Shown: piece after piece, positions 25,247-35,749 of the stretch
Layout: every line of letters starts with the position of its first letter
Position numbering within the stretch: position 1 is the stretch's first letter
From: Octopus vulgaris
Lineage: Eukaryota
Assembly (NCBI GenBank): GCA_951406725.2
Contig: OX597819.1
Location: 29,016,001-29,080,000, forward strand
Length of the DNA: 64,000 nucleotides
Reading direction: 5' to 3'
Made by a program: the position numbers and the translations under genes
The notes under the pieces: model-generated
The model's database searches: none
The model's input: only the letters and a program-made list of their open reading frames with translations
Told to the model about the DNA's origin: nothing

Positions 25247-25542
25247 ATTTCGAAGTGGATTAAATGTTACAACTTATTTTAGTTTCCATATTCTTGTGGG
25301 TCACTTTACTTATATTTCTGTTCTAATGTGATTTTCTATTTAAAACAAACAATTAATCATGCTTATTAACATGCAGCATTTATAATAATAATTGCAGCAT
25401 TTATTCATTTCATTATAAATTTTGGTATCTATGAACTGGTAATCTAATATCTTATCCATACATACACACAATGTGGTGAGTTGGCAGAAATGTTAGCGCG
25501 CCGGGTGAAACACTTAGCGGTATTTCGGCTGTCTTTTTTATA

Positions 25543-25704
25543 GGCGCAGGAGTGGCTGTGTGGTAAGTAGCTTGCAAACCAACCACATGGTTCCAGGTTC
25601 AGTCCCACTGTGTGGCACCTTGGGCAAGTGTCTTCTACTATAACCTTGGGCTGACCAAAACCTTGTGAGTGGATTTGGTGGATGGAAATTGAAAGAAGCC
25701 CGTC

Positions 25705-25736
<32 letters not shown>

Positions 25737-25950
25737 GCATGTATATGTTTGTGTGTGTGTGTGTGTGTGTCCCAACATTGCTTTACATCGATGCTGGTGT
25801 ATTTATGTCCCCATAACTTGGTGGTTCGGCATAAGAGACTGGTGGAATAAGTACTAGGCTTACAAAGAATAAGTCCTGGGGTCGATTTGCTCAACTAAGG
25901 GTAGTGCTCCAGTATGGCCACAATCAAAATGACTGAGATGAATAAAAGAA
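25543..25950 (+). mobile_element. Family A CORE SINE, preceded by a family B head at 25472-25533
   Basis: Full-length structure. Confidence 0.88.
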
Positions 25951-26352
25951 CAAGTTAATGAAAACTACAAGAAATAGCAACTAAATTTCTTTCAAATCTC
26001 TCTTTCTCCCTACCATCTTGGGAAAAAGATACCTTGGCATAATTACGCAGAATCATCATGGTTGGATTGCTTTTGCTCAATCAAGATTGGAGCTAAACAA
26101 CAGAACCACAAACAAACACACACAGGTGAACATATAAGAGCAAAATGAAGAGGAAAAAATAGTACTCAAATACCAAACATAGAGTAATATACTTTTATTA
26201 AAGCTGTAAAATTATCACAAAACTGTTACTCAGCATTTTACATTCCAATTCATCTGACAGTTGTGAAGTAAACAGCTGTCTGATGAAAGGGACATGAAAC
26301 TCTGAGTAATAGTCTTGATATAAGTTTGCAGCTTTAATAAAAAATGTGTGTG

Positions 26353-27172
26353 TTTGCAAGTGGAGATCGCTAGTAATTGTCATTAGCAGGTGATTGTCTT
26401 ACACAACATTCAGAAACCTAGGTCTGTGAGTATCACATAAGCCAACATCGAAGGATCAAAAAGTGATGTCGCTGCGAACGCTTGGCCGCCAAAAGCCAGT
26501 TATCCCTGTGGTAACTTTTTTGACACCTCTCGGCGGGCGCATAGCTTGCTGCTGTTCGGAAAGGATTGATGGGCCATGCTTTCGTGGTCCATATTTGTAC
26601 TGAAAATCGAGTTCAAGCAAACTTTTACCCTTTTGCTCGACATGTGGTTTCCGTCCACACTGAGCTCACCTTGGGACACCTGCGTTACTGTTTGACAGAT
26701 GTACCACCCCAGTCAAACTCCCTGACCAACACTGGAAGAGATGTTTTCCCAGGGCTCAAACAACAGTAACATCGTATTTCACAGGACTGCCATGTTATGT
26801 TGGCATATCAACATTACTATCCAATACTGTTACTGTGTTTCTCTCGCTCAGAGATTTAAAACATGTTTTTCACAATACGAGATCAGCAACTGCATGTCAC
26901 TTAAAGAACATGTAGTATTTGCAAGTGGAGATAGCTTTTGTCACTAGCTGGTGACTGTCTCACACTGAGGACAGATAACATCCAGAAACCTAGGTCTGTG
27001 AGTATCACATAAGGCTCGAGATGGGAGTGATGACCTGCCTTGCAAATGCTATATACGGACACAGACTGTGTGTCCTTAAGCAGCTGGAAGGGATGTTTTC
27101 CTGAGGCTAAAACAACAGTAACATTGTCCTCTACAGGACTGCTATGTTATGTCGACATACAAACATTACTAT
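26353..27172. repeat. Two tandem diverged copies of an unclassified repeat (third copy at 43523-43680)
   Basis: Shared blocks tttgcaagtggagat, cagaaacctaggtctgtgagtatcacataag and aaacaacagtaacat...acaggactgc.atgttatgt...acattactat; units start at 26353 and 26918. Confidence 0.85.
26440..26734 (-). pseudogene. 28S rRNA fragment (domain V, P-loop through the peptidyl-transferase centre), decayed
   Basis: Reverse complement contains gggagtttgactggggtggtac, gcaggtgtcc, aagttaccacagggataactggctt and ttttgatccttcgatgttggct. These are conserved eukaryotic LSU motifs carrying scattered substitutions. Confidence 0.95.
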
Positions 27173-28560
27173 ATTATGGTTGAAATTTATATAAAAACAG
27201 AAGATGAAGACAGGCGTATGAACAACAAGCAGGTGTAATAGTTTGATGTTCGGGAAAAAGGAAAAGCCTTTTACATTTTGAGCTTATGCTCTTCAACAGA
27301 AAAGAATAAGAGAAAATAAACAGAGAGAGAATGAAAAAAACCCTTAGATTTAGCAGTCAAACATGGCAACTGATTAGAAAAATGTTTGAAAGAAGAGGTT
27401 GGGAAAAAGGGAGATGATAAAGTGATGGCGATCTCACATGAAGGTGTGTATGTGAGAATGGTGTGTGAATGTGTAAGTGTGAATAGGGGCTAGTGACTTT
27501 GATGTGTGTGGGCATGTGCATCTAACGTGTGATTGTTCATATAGTGGTATGTGTGGTGATGCTATTGAAGATTGTTTGTTGATGTGGGTGCTGGGAACTG
27601 GTCAGTGCTAGTGTTTGGAGTGGTGTAGGGTAGTGTGGTGTGTGGGGTGAAGAGAGGAGATGGGTAGGAGTGAAGAGAGGAAGGGGAGTAAGATGAGGAG
27701 AGTAGGGGGGGTCAGGTGAAGAGAGGAGGGAGTTGAGCCCATGTGGTGCAAAGGAGTGAAGAGAGAAAATTAATTCCTGTTCACAGCGAAGGTAGGAGTC
27801 CAGATGGCCCCTATGCAAAGACAGTCTGAACACAGATGTAGTGAACGACTGGTAGAGCAGAAATGGCACAAGACCAGAGTGTCATTGTTGAGCCTGATAT
27901 CTCAGAGGTGCTCTGTGAACCGGTCAGCCAAGTGGCATCCCGTTTGACCAATGTACAGGGAAGGCCAGAAAGAGCAAGAGATGCAGTAAATGATGTTGCT
28001 GGAAGTGCAGGTAAAGGAGTCAGTGATATGATGGATGCCTGTGAGGATGTTGGCATTGGAGAGGTAGGGGTCAGTATAGCAGTGTGGGTGGGAGCAGGGG
28101 AAAAAACTGTGGACCAGGTGGTCATGCAGGTTGTGGGCTCATTTGAAGGAGAGAAGGGTATGTTGAGGAAGATGTGAGAGGTAGAGGGATTGGACTGGAG
28201 TCATAGGAAGGCTTGGAGAATGGTGCATTGGAGGGGTGGTAGGTGAGGGGAAATGGGAGATGGTCAATGGTGGTATGGATGTGAGGAGAAAGAGCAGAGG
28301 CATGGTACATGGAATATCTTCTGGCAAAGGCAGTGTGGATAGTAGTGAGGGGATATCCATGAAGGATGAAGTGGCAAGCTATGAGTTGAGATTGAGTCTC
28401 AAAGTCATAGTTGTCACTGCAGAGCCTGTGCAGCCGGAGGAATTGGGAGTAAGGGATGGAGAGCTTGGTGTGGGTTAGAGTGGGAGGAGGAGAATTTAAG
28501 TAGGAGTGTGAGTTGGTGTGTTTGTAGTGGATGGAAGTAGTGGGAGAAGAGTGGTGTATA
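27173..28560 (-). mobile_element. Penelope-like retroelement 3' part (RT thumb/linker, GIY-YIG endonuclease, pLTR), pseudogenised
   Basis: Translation gives HGYP, LPFPLTYHP, FTCTSSNIIYCISC..LYIGQTG.HLADRFTEHL*DIR and EQELIFSLHSFAPHGLN, with stops and frameshifts. A hammerhead-like motif lies at 27268-27304. Confidence 0.9.
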
Positions 28561-30114
28561 CTGACAAAAATGTCAAGAAATGTGATGGAAGAGTTAAAAA
28601 TAGTGAAAGAGAATTATATATATATGCTTTGCCTTCCCACTCCTTGATAGAGTGGGGGAGGTTCTGTCATGAAATACAATATGTCTTAGGTATTTTTTAA
28701 CCTGGTGGAGCTCATCTGTTTCCTGGTCTGACCACAGCTAATTTGTTCTTGGGGCAAGAAAGAAGCAGACAGAAAGAAAATTGACCCCAGTATTGAAATT
28801 ATACTTTATTTATTGATCCCTAAAAGGATGAAAGGCAAAGTTGACCTTGATGAGATTTGAACTCCGAGCACAATGAGACAGAGTGATTATAGCAAAGCAA
28901 TTTATCTGGCACTCTAACAATTTTGCCAGTTCGTTGCCTTATATATTTATATACATACATACATACATATACATACACACACATTCATTCATACATATAT
29001 TTGGTTTGTGTGTATGTGTATATATATGCACACACACATTCCTTGAACAGAATAAACTACAGTCAATGATTTATCGACCAAAGATTAGGATATTTAAAAT
29101 TACACCACAATTTCATTTCTGTCGACTCGTTTTGATCTCCAATAAGAAATTTACCAATAATTATAACCAGAGTTTCGCATAATTCTACGATAACTATCAG
29201 ATTTCTTTCTCTGATATCATCAATTAAATCACTATGTTCTTCATTCAGATTTCACACACTAATTACTGACTACAGATCAGATAAACTATCGACATTATTG
29301 CACATTTCATGCCTGAAAATATGCTCATTTTAATGCATATGCACACAAATACACTCACAATGTTAATAAACATGATTTGCATTATTCAATTAGCCAATGA
29401 AATCAATCTTTTACAGTGTAGGTGTCACAATAATAGCTATATATACATGATAGCCAAAAGGAAAGAAATTTTATATCAAATATAAAAAGAAGAATCTTGT
29501 GTAGGATTTCACAATGTGAACTGAAATCTAAATCTGTAAAGTATATGTTATTCTTGATGTTGTAGTATTGCTACTGAAGACAATGTCATATGTCAGCTAT
29601 TAAGGAATAAGTAATTTAAAACAAGTTCTTTTTAAAGAAGAAAATAAATGAATATTCAACATAAATACAGGCTTCCTTTTTTTAGAAGTGAATCATCATC
29701 CAAGGGATAATCAAACACAAATAATGTTGCCTCTGGTGAAAGCAGAGACAGCCTGGCACCTATTGTTAAGTGTACATGTATCTTTCTAACATGAAATGTT
29801 ATTTATCTTGAAATCCGAGACAGAGAAACTTGGCACAATTAGTTTTATTAATAACTGTATAAACATGAAAATGTTTATGATGTGTATGTGAGAGAAAATA
29901 TACATTCGTGAATTGGCAGATCCTGCAAAAGAGATTTTTTAGCTGACAACAAAGTCAATATCTCTATTTTGATGTTGTGTTTCTGATTAAAAGCTGAGAA
30001 ATGATGATGATTTTGGCATATGTTTAGTGAAATAGAAGATGTGTGAAAGGTAACAGGTAGATCAGTCATAGCAGAACTCACAGCAGTGAGAACTGAACTT
30101 TTATAAAGTGACTA

Positions 30115-30507
30115 GATATATATGCACACATACACATATATACACACATGCACATACATATATATATACACACACATATGCATATACATACAAACACATG
30201 CATATACATATATATATATATACACACATGCATGTATATATATATATACATACATGCATGTATATATATATACATACATGCATATATATATACATACATG
30301 CATATATATATATACATACATGCATATATATATACATACATGCATATACAAATACACACACACATGTATATACATATGCATATACGTATATACACACACA
30401 TGTATATACATATGCATATACGTATATACACACACATGCACATACATATATGCATATACACACACACATGCATATACATATATACACACACACATGCATA
30501 TATATAT
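30115..30507. repeat. Compound TA/CA/TGCA microsatellite with ~20-22 bp and ~36 bp higher-order units
   Basis: Repeats of (ta)n catacatgca and cacacatgtatatacatatgcatatacgtata. It accounts for six spurious ORFs. Confidence 0.95.
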
Positions 30508-30897
30508 AGGAGTAGCTGTGTGGTATGTAGCTTGCTTACCAACCACATGATTCCGGGTTCAGTCCCACTGTGTGGCACCTTGGGCAAGTGTCTTCTACTA
30601 TAGCCTCAGGCCGACCAAAGCCTTGTGAGTAAATTTGGTAGACGGAAACTGAAAGAAGCCTGTTGTATATTTATATACATATATGTATGTGTGTGTATAT
30701 GATTGTCCCCCCAACATCACTTGACAACTGATGCTGGTGTGTTTATGTCCATGTAACTTAGCAGTTTGGCAAAAGAGACCGATAGAATAAGTACTAGGCT
30801 TACAAAGAATAAGTCCTGGGGTCGATTTGTTTGACTAAAGGTGGTGTTCCAGCATGGCCACAGTCGAATGACTGAAACAAGTAAAAGAGTAAAAAGT
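30508..30897 (+). mobile_element. Family A CORE SINE
   Basis: Nearly full length. Confidence 0.88.
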
Positions 30898-31203
30898 GTA
30901 TACACACACACACACATGCTAGTGCTCTCTGACTGGCTCCTGTGCCAGTGGCATGTAAAAAGCACCATCTGAATGTGGTTGATGCCAGTGCCACCTGACT
31001 GACTCCCGTACCAGTGGCACATAAAAAGCACCCACTACACTCTTGGAATGGTTGGTGTTAGGAAGGAAATCCAGCTGTAGAAACCTTGCCAGATCTGATT
31101 AGCTTGCCAGTCCTCTGTCAAACTGTCCAACCCGTACCAACATGAAAAGCAGATGTTAAACAGTGATGAGGATTATGATATACACACACACACCACATGC
31201 ATA

Positions 31204-31800
31204 TACAGGGTGCGATGGGTAAATTGTTGCCATTTTATCATTTCAATTTTGCCCATGTGCCTTGTTTGTTTTTGATTTTGTCAACTACACAGTATAGTAG
31301 GGTCCGTTGGGCACAGTCTGTGAGAAAAACAGCACCATGATGCAATGTATGCTGCTAGAAATTTGAAACGACAGGCTGTACTGCTTGGCATTTGTGCTGG
31401 AAGCTCCAATACAAACATTTCAGAGTGCTTGTGTGTCAATCTGAGGACAGTGCAGAAGATTCGCCAAGAGTTGGATGAATCTAATGGTGATTGTGAAGAT
31501 ATGACAGCTTGAAAAACTCACTCTGATCATTCCTCAAAGTCAGTCAGATCCATTGCCAGGCACATGGAAGTGTCTGAGTTTCTTATCAAGCAGGCAGTAC
31601 ATGAAGACATTCAGTGTTCTTCATACAAGTTGAGAAAGGGCCAATTTTTATCACAAGCAATCAAGGACAGGAGGAAAGACCACACTATGAAGCTTTTGAA
31701 CAAACTCAGACATCCCCACCAACTGAATATGCTTTGGCTTTTCTCAGATGAAAAGGATTTCTGTCAGGATCAGATAGTGAACACAGAACAATTGTTGACT
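31204..31800 (+). mobile_element. Tc1/mariner-superfamily transposon 5' part (maT/DD37D-like), truncated
   Basis: Begins ta|cagggtg. Remnants are KRQAVLLGICAG..NISECL.VNLRTVQKIR (HTH) and SYKLRKGQFLS..KLLNKLRHP..WLFSDEKDF.QDQ (first catalytic Asp). An RTE tail cuts it off, so the subgroup is inferred. Confidence 0.8.
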
Positions 31801-31892
31801 TGGTGCAGCCATCTGGTTCGCCAGACCTCAGTCAAATCATCCAACCCATGCTAGCATGGAAAGCGGACGTTAAACAATGATGATGACGATGA

Positions 31893-31927
<35 letters not shown>

Positions 31928-31931
<4 letters not shown>

Positions 31932-32291
31932 TGTGTGGTAAGTAGCTTGCTAACCAATCACATGGTTCCGGGTTCAGTCCCACTGCGTGGCATCTTGGGC
32001 AAGTGTCTTCTGCTATAGCCCCGGGCCGACCAAGGCCTTGTGAGTGGATTTGGTAGACGGAAACTGAAAGAAGCCTGTCGTATATATGTATATATATATA
32101 TGTATGTGTGTGTGTGTTTGTGTGTCTGTGTTTGTGCCCCTAGCATTGCTTGACAACCGATGCTGGTGTGTTTACGTCCCCGTCACTTAGCAGTTCGGCA
32201 AAAGAGAATAAGTCCCAGGGTCGATTTGCTCGACTAAAAAGGCGGTGCTCCAGCATGGCCGCAGTCAAATGACTGAAACAAGTAAAAGAGT
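31928..32291 (+). mobile_element. Family A CORE SINE, young, with a small internal deletion
   Basis: CpG-rich copy lacking the gaccgatagaataagtact...acaaa block. Confidence 0.9.
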
Positions 32292-33719
32292 ATATATATA
32301 TATATATATGTGTGTGTGCATGCATGTATATATGTATATACATATATACATACATACACACAAACAGAAGCCATAGCATTAATTCTGTGTCAATCATTGA
32401 TAGCTTATAGCTGTTGTACATAAGATCAGAATTGTAGTATACTTAGGATGAAGTTGTGGGCACCATATTCATTATAGAGAAAATTCTATCATATTAAAGA
32501 AATTATATTTCAATTAGTGGCACTGAGGGGTTGTTATAGTATCATTTCAGCTATAATATTGCAACTTGTAGCTTCTGTGTTTGAAGAGATAACTAAGAAG
32601 TCTTTTTTTCCCTGAAGCATTGTCAAGATGAACAAAGTGAAGAGTGTCATTATTGAATGAAGCAAACATGAAAATATGATGTTAGTCTTCATGTTAACTC
32701 AATTCTATTTAGATAACAATTCACTAACACTTCATTAATCTCTGGAGATAAACAAAATTTGATGACAAAAGGTAATAATTTCAGACTTAATAATATTTTG
32801 ATGTTTTTTTTATTCCTTCAGTGTTCTGAGAGAAATCTTTGGCAAATATGACTATAATGGAAGAATTTCGATTTTTAGATTTAGATTTACTTGATCAACA
32901 GATAATATCTACTGTTTAACTGGGATTTCCCCAATGGTCATAATACAAATAATTTCAAATTAAAACAAGACTGCTTGAGTTTTTTTATATTTTGTTCTTA
33001 TGAATAGCACTCAGTCAAGAACTCAACTGTAGATGTGTGTGTGTGTTCATGAATCACGGTTGCAGCTTATAATAACAAATAGTATCATAGACACAATAAA
33101 TTTTTATTTCAATCTGGCATGCCATTAAAGAAAGCTATTGCTATAATTTAGCTAAAATTGCCACAGTGCTAGCAAATATCAGATTTTACCCACTATACAT
33201 GAAAATTCAAGTTTCTGTGAAATTAATTTGTACTTTCTTGCAATGATTTCCCCACCTTTAACAGAATCATCAACAGTCACCGCTAGGTTTTTGTAATCTT
33301 TCTCCAACTAAAAGGTAAATTTCAATCAGTGAAGAGTTGTTTGTATATGCCATTGAGTATATCATGACTTACCATTGGCCCACTTGTGTTATTTCCTTTA
33401 GCTCACTTTTTGTAATTAAGATTTCTTCCCTCAGGGCAAAGATTAGTGAACGCAGCAGCTGAATTATTACTAATGTTCTTGTATTTCAAGTGCATTTCAT
33501 GATTGTAATCCATAGTGATTACCACAAATGACATCAACTGTACAGATTTACCAGGCAGTGATTAGCTCCATTACTATATTTACCTCTCATAATTTTTAAA
33601 AATTATTTATTTATAATTTTCTATACAAATTGATGAAGAAAGTATTTCATCTACAATTTTGTCATATCTAAAAACCAACTTTGCTTTTGTTCATTTCCTT
33701 TTATCAGTCAGTCTGAAGA

Positions 33720-34257
33720 GGAAAACTTGACAGAATTTGAACTCAGAATGGGAAGATGGATGAAATACCACTAAGCATTTTGCTTGGTGTGCTAACCATC
33801 CTGCCAGCTTGCTGTCTTAATCTGCCAGAATATATAAAGAATGAATATGTCTGCCAATGAAATTTTGGGGAAAGAGGGTTAATTGATTACCTAAGTGTTT
33901 GACTGGCACTTATTTTATTGATCCACAAAAGGATGAAAGATAAAGTCAACCTCACTGGAATTTGAACTTGGAATGTAAAGAGCTGGAACAAAACATTCTC
34001 TTCAGTGTGCTAACAATTCTGTCAACTTTCCACCTTTGCCTTATTAATAATAATGGTTTCAAATTTTGGCACGAGGCAAGCAATTTTTGAGGGAGGTGGG
34101 TAAATAATCCCATTGATCAACTGGTATTCATCTTAAATCCAAAATCATGAAGTGCAAAGTTAACCTCAGTGGAATTTGAACTCAGAACTTAAAAACAGAC
34201 AAAATACTACTAAGCATTTTGTTTGGCATGCAAACAATTCTGCCAGCTCACCACCTT
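33720..34257 (-). mobile_element. Three adjacent decayed family B SINEs
   Basis: The motif gaatttgaact(c/t)..aa ... aattctg.cag(c)t recurs three times. Confidence 0.75.
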
Positions 34258-34759
34258 TGCAATAACAACAACAACAGTTATTATTTCTAAGACATAAGAC
34301 CACGTGTATTGGTGAAAGGTCAACTGTTAATGCTAAAAGAATAAAAGGCAAAAACATTGGTGGGGAGTTCCTATGTTGTTGCTCCACCAGCTAAAGACAG
34401 CAGCAACAGGTTTCTCAACTCATACTTATTTTAAAAAAAAAAACGGAAAGACACTTTGGCTAATGTGGCCCTAGATACAGTTGATATATCTTCCCATTTA
34501 TTTGCAGCCTTGAAATTCAGTATCATTTCCCTTGTTAATACAGACAACTGTTTATTCAGACACTCTCCTTTTTTCCCAATGAAAATTTCTTTACTATCAT
34601 TTGATGTTAATTTGTCAATGTTTAAATAGAAAAGAATTGCAATTCGAAGGGAAAAAAAGAACAATTCAAGACTTAAAAGACTTCAAATATCCACTTCATA
34701 ATACATGCTGAAGCCATGCAAATTCATAATGGCCTCATGTTTTTTTTTGTTTTTTTTTT

Positions 34760-35563
34760 TATCTTATTTCTTGTTTCAATCATTGGACTGTGGCTAATGC
34801 TGGGGCATGCCCTGAAAGATTTAGTCAAGTGAATCAAACCCTGTACTTATTTTTCTTAAGCTTGATACTTAGCAGCTTTTTTTGCTGAGCTCCTAAGTTA
34901 TGAGGACATAAACAAACCAAGACTGTCAAGAGGTGACAGATGACAAACACAGCACAAAGACACATATAGATATACATACATACATACATACATATATCAT
35001 GTTGAACCATTAATCCCTACACATCTTTTCTCTATATATTTTTTCATTCTCTCCTTTTTTTTTGTCTTAATCCTTTCTGTTGAAGAGCATAAGCTTGAAA
35101 AGTCAAAGACTTTTCCATTCTCCCTCAGTGTTAAACTAATACACCTACTTGTTGTTCCTATACCTGTCTTCGTCTTTCGTTTTCTGTAAATTTGAACTAT
35201 TTATATATATATATGTATGAATGCTTGAAATGAGTAGATAGACAGCTGACAACTGATGAAGGGTCGTTCTTTGTGTTACTTGTCCTGTTTTCCATTTTTT
35301 TCTTTCATTGTCTGCATATTTAACTCATTTTTTTTCATACTTCATGTTTACACACTTGGTGACATTCTGTACCCATTATTGCAAACAGACATACACACAC
35401 ACATATATATATATATATAAAATGGGCTTCCTGCAGTTTCTGCCTACCAAATCCATTCACAAGACCATGGTCAGCTCAGGGCCATAGAAGACACTTGCTG
35501 AATGTTCCACACAGTGGGATTGAACCCAAGACCACAGGGTTGTGAAGCAGCCATGCCTGCACC
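34760..35563 (-). mobile_element. Family A SINE split at its microsatellite by a Penelope pLTR fragment (about 35000-35200, plus strand) and a second repeat fragment
   Basis: The tail half lies at 34760-34960 and the head half at 35420-35563. The insert is the reverse complement of 27180-27340. Confidence 0.75.
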
Positions 35564-35659
35564 TATGTATTTAGTATTACTAAATCAATTTCCTCACTAT
35601 ATCCTGCAGCATATACTACAACCAAACTTAGTTTCTTGAATAACTGTTATGCCAAATAA

Positions 35660-35749
35660 TGCATCCAAATCTATTTTTTCAGTAAATCATGCATCAAAAA
35701 GTGCATCCAAAACTATTTTTTCACATAATCATGCATGGAATAGTGCACC
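35660..35749. repeat. 42-bp tandem repeat, about 2 copies
   Basis: tgcatccaaa.ctattttttca..taa..catgcat at 35660 and 35702, with a partial third start at 35744. Confidence 0.85.

Noticed and set aside
27027-27104. Box C (GTGATGA) and box D (CTGA) 78 nt apart, snoRNA-like
   Set aside because: There is no terminal stem, it is antisense to the presumed host gene, and box D is not kept in the homologous copies at about 26750 and 43635.
27863-28478. Plus-strand ORFs of 104 and 80 aa
   Set aside because: They are antisense shadows of the Penelope coding remnant.
35660-35749. Repeat-spacer-like periodicity (also 41174-41270, 48921-48964 and 56624-56760)
   Set aside because: These are simple tandem duplications without unique spacers in eukaryotic DNA; there is no CRISPR-like array.
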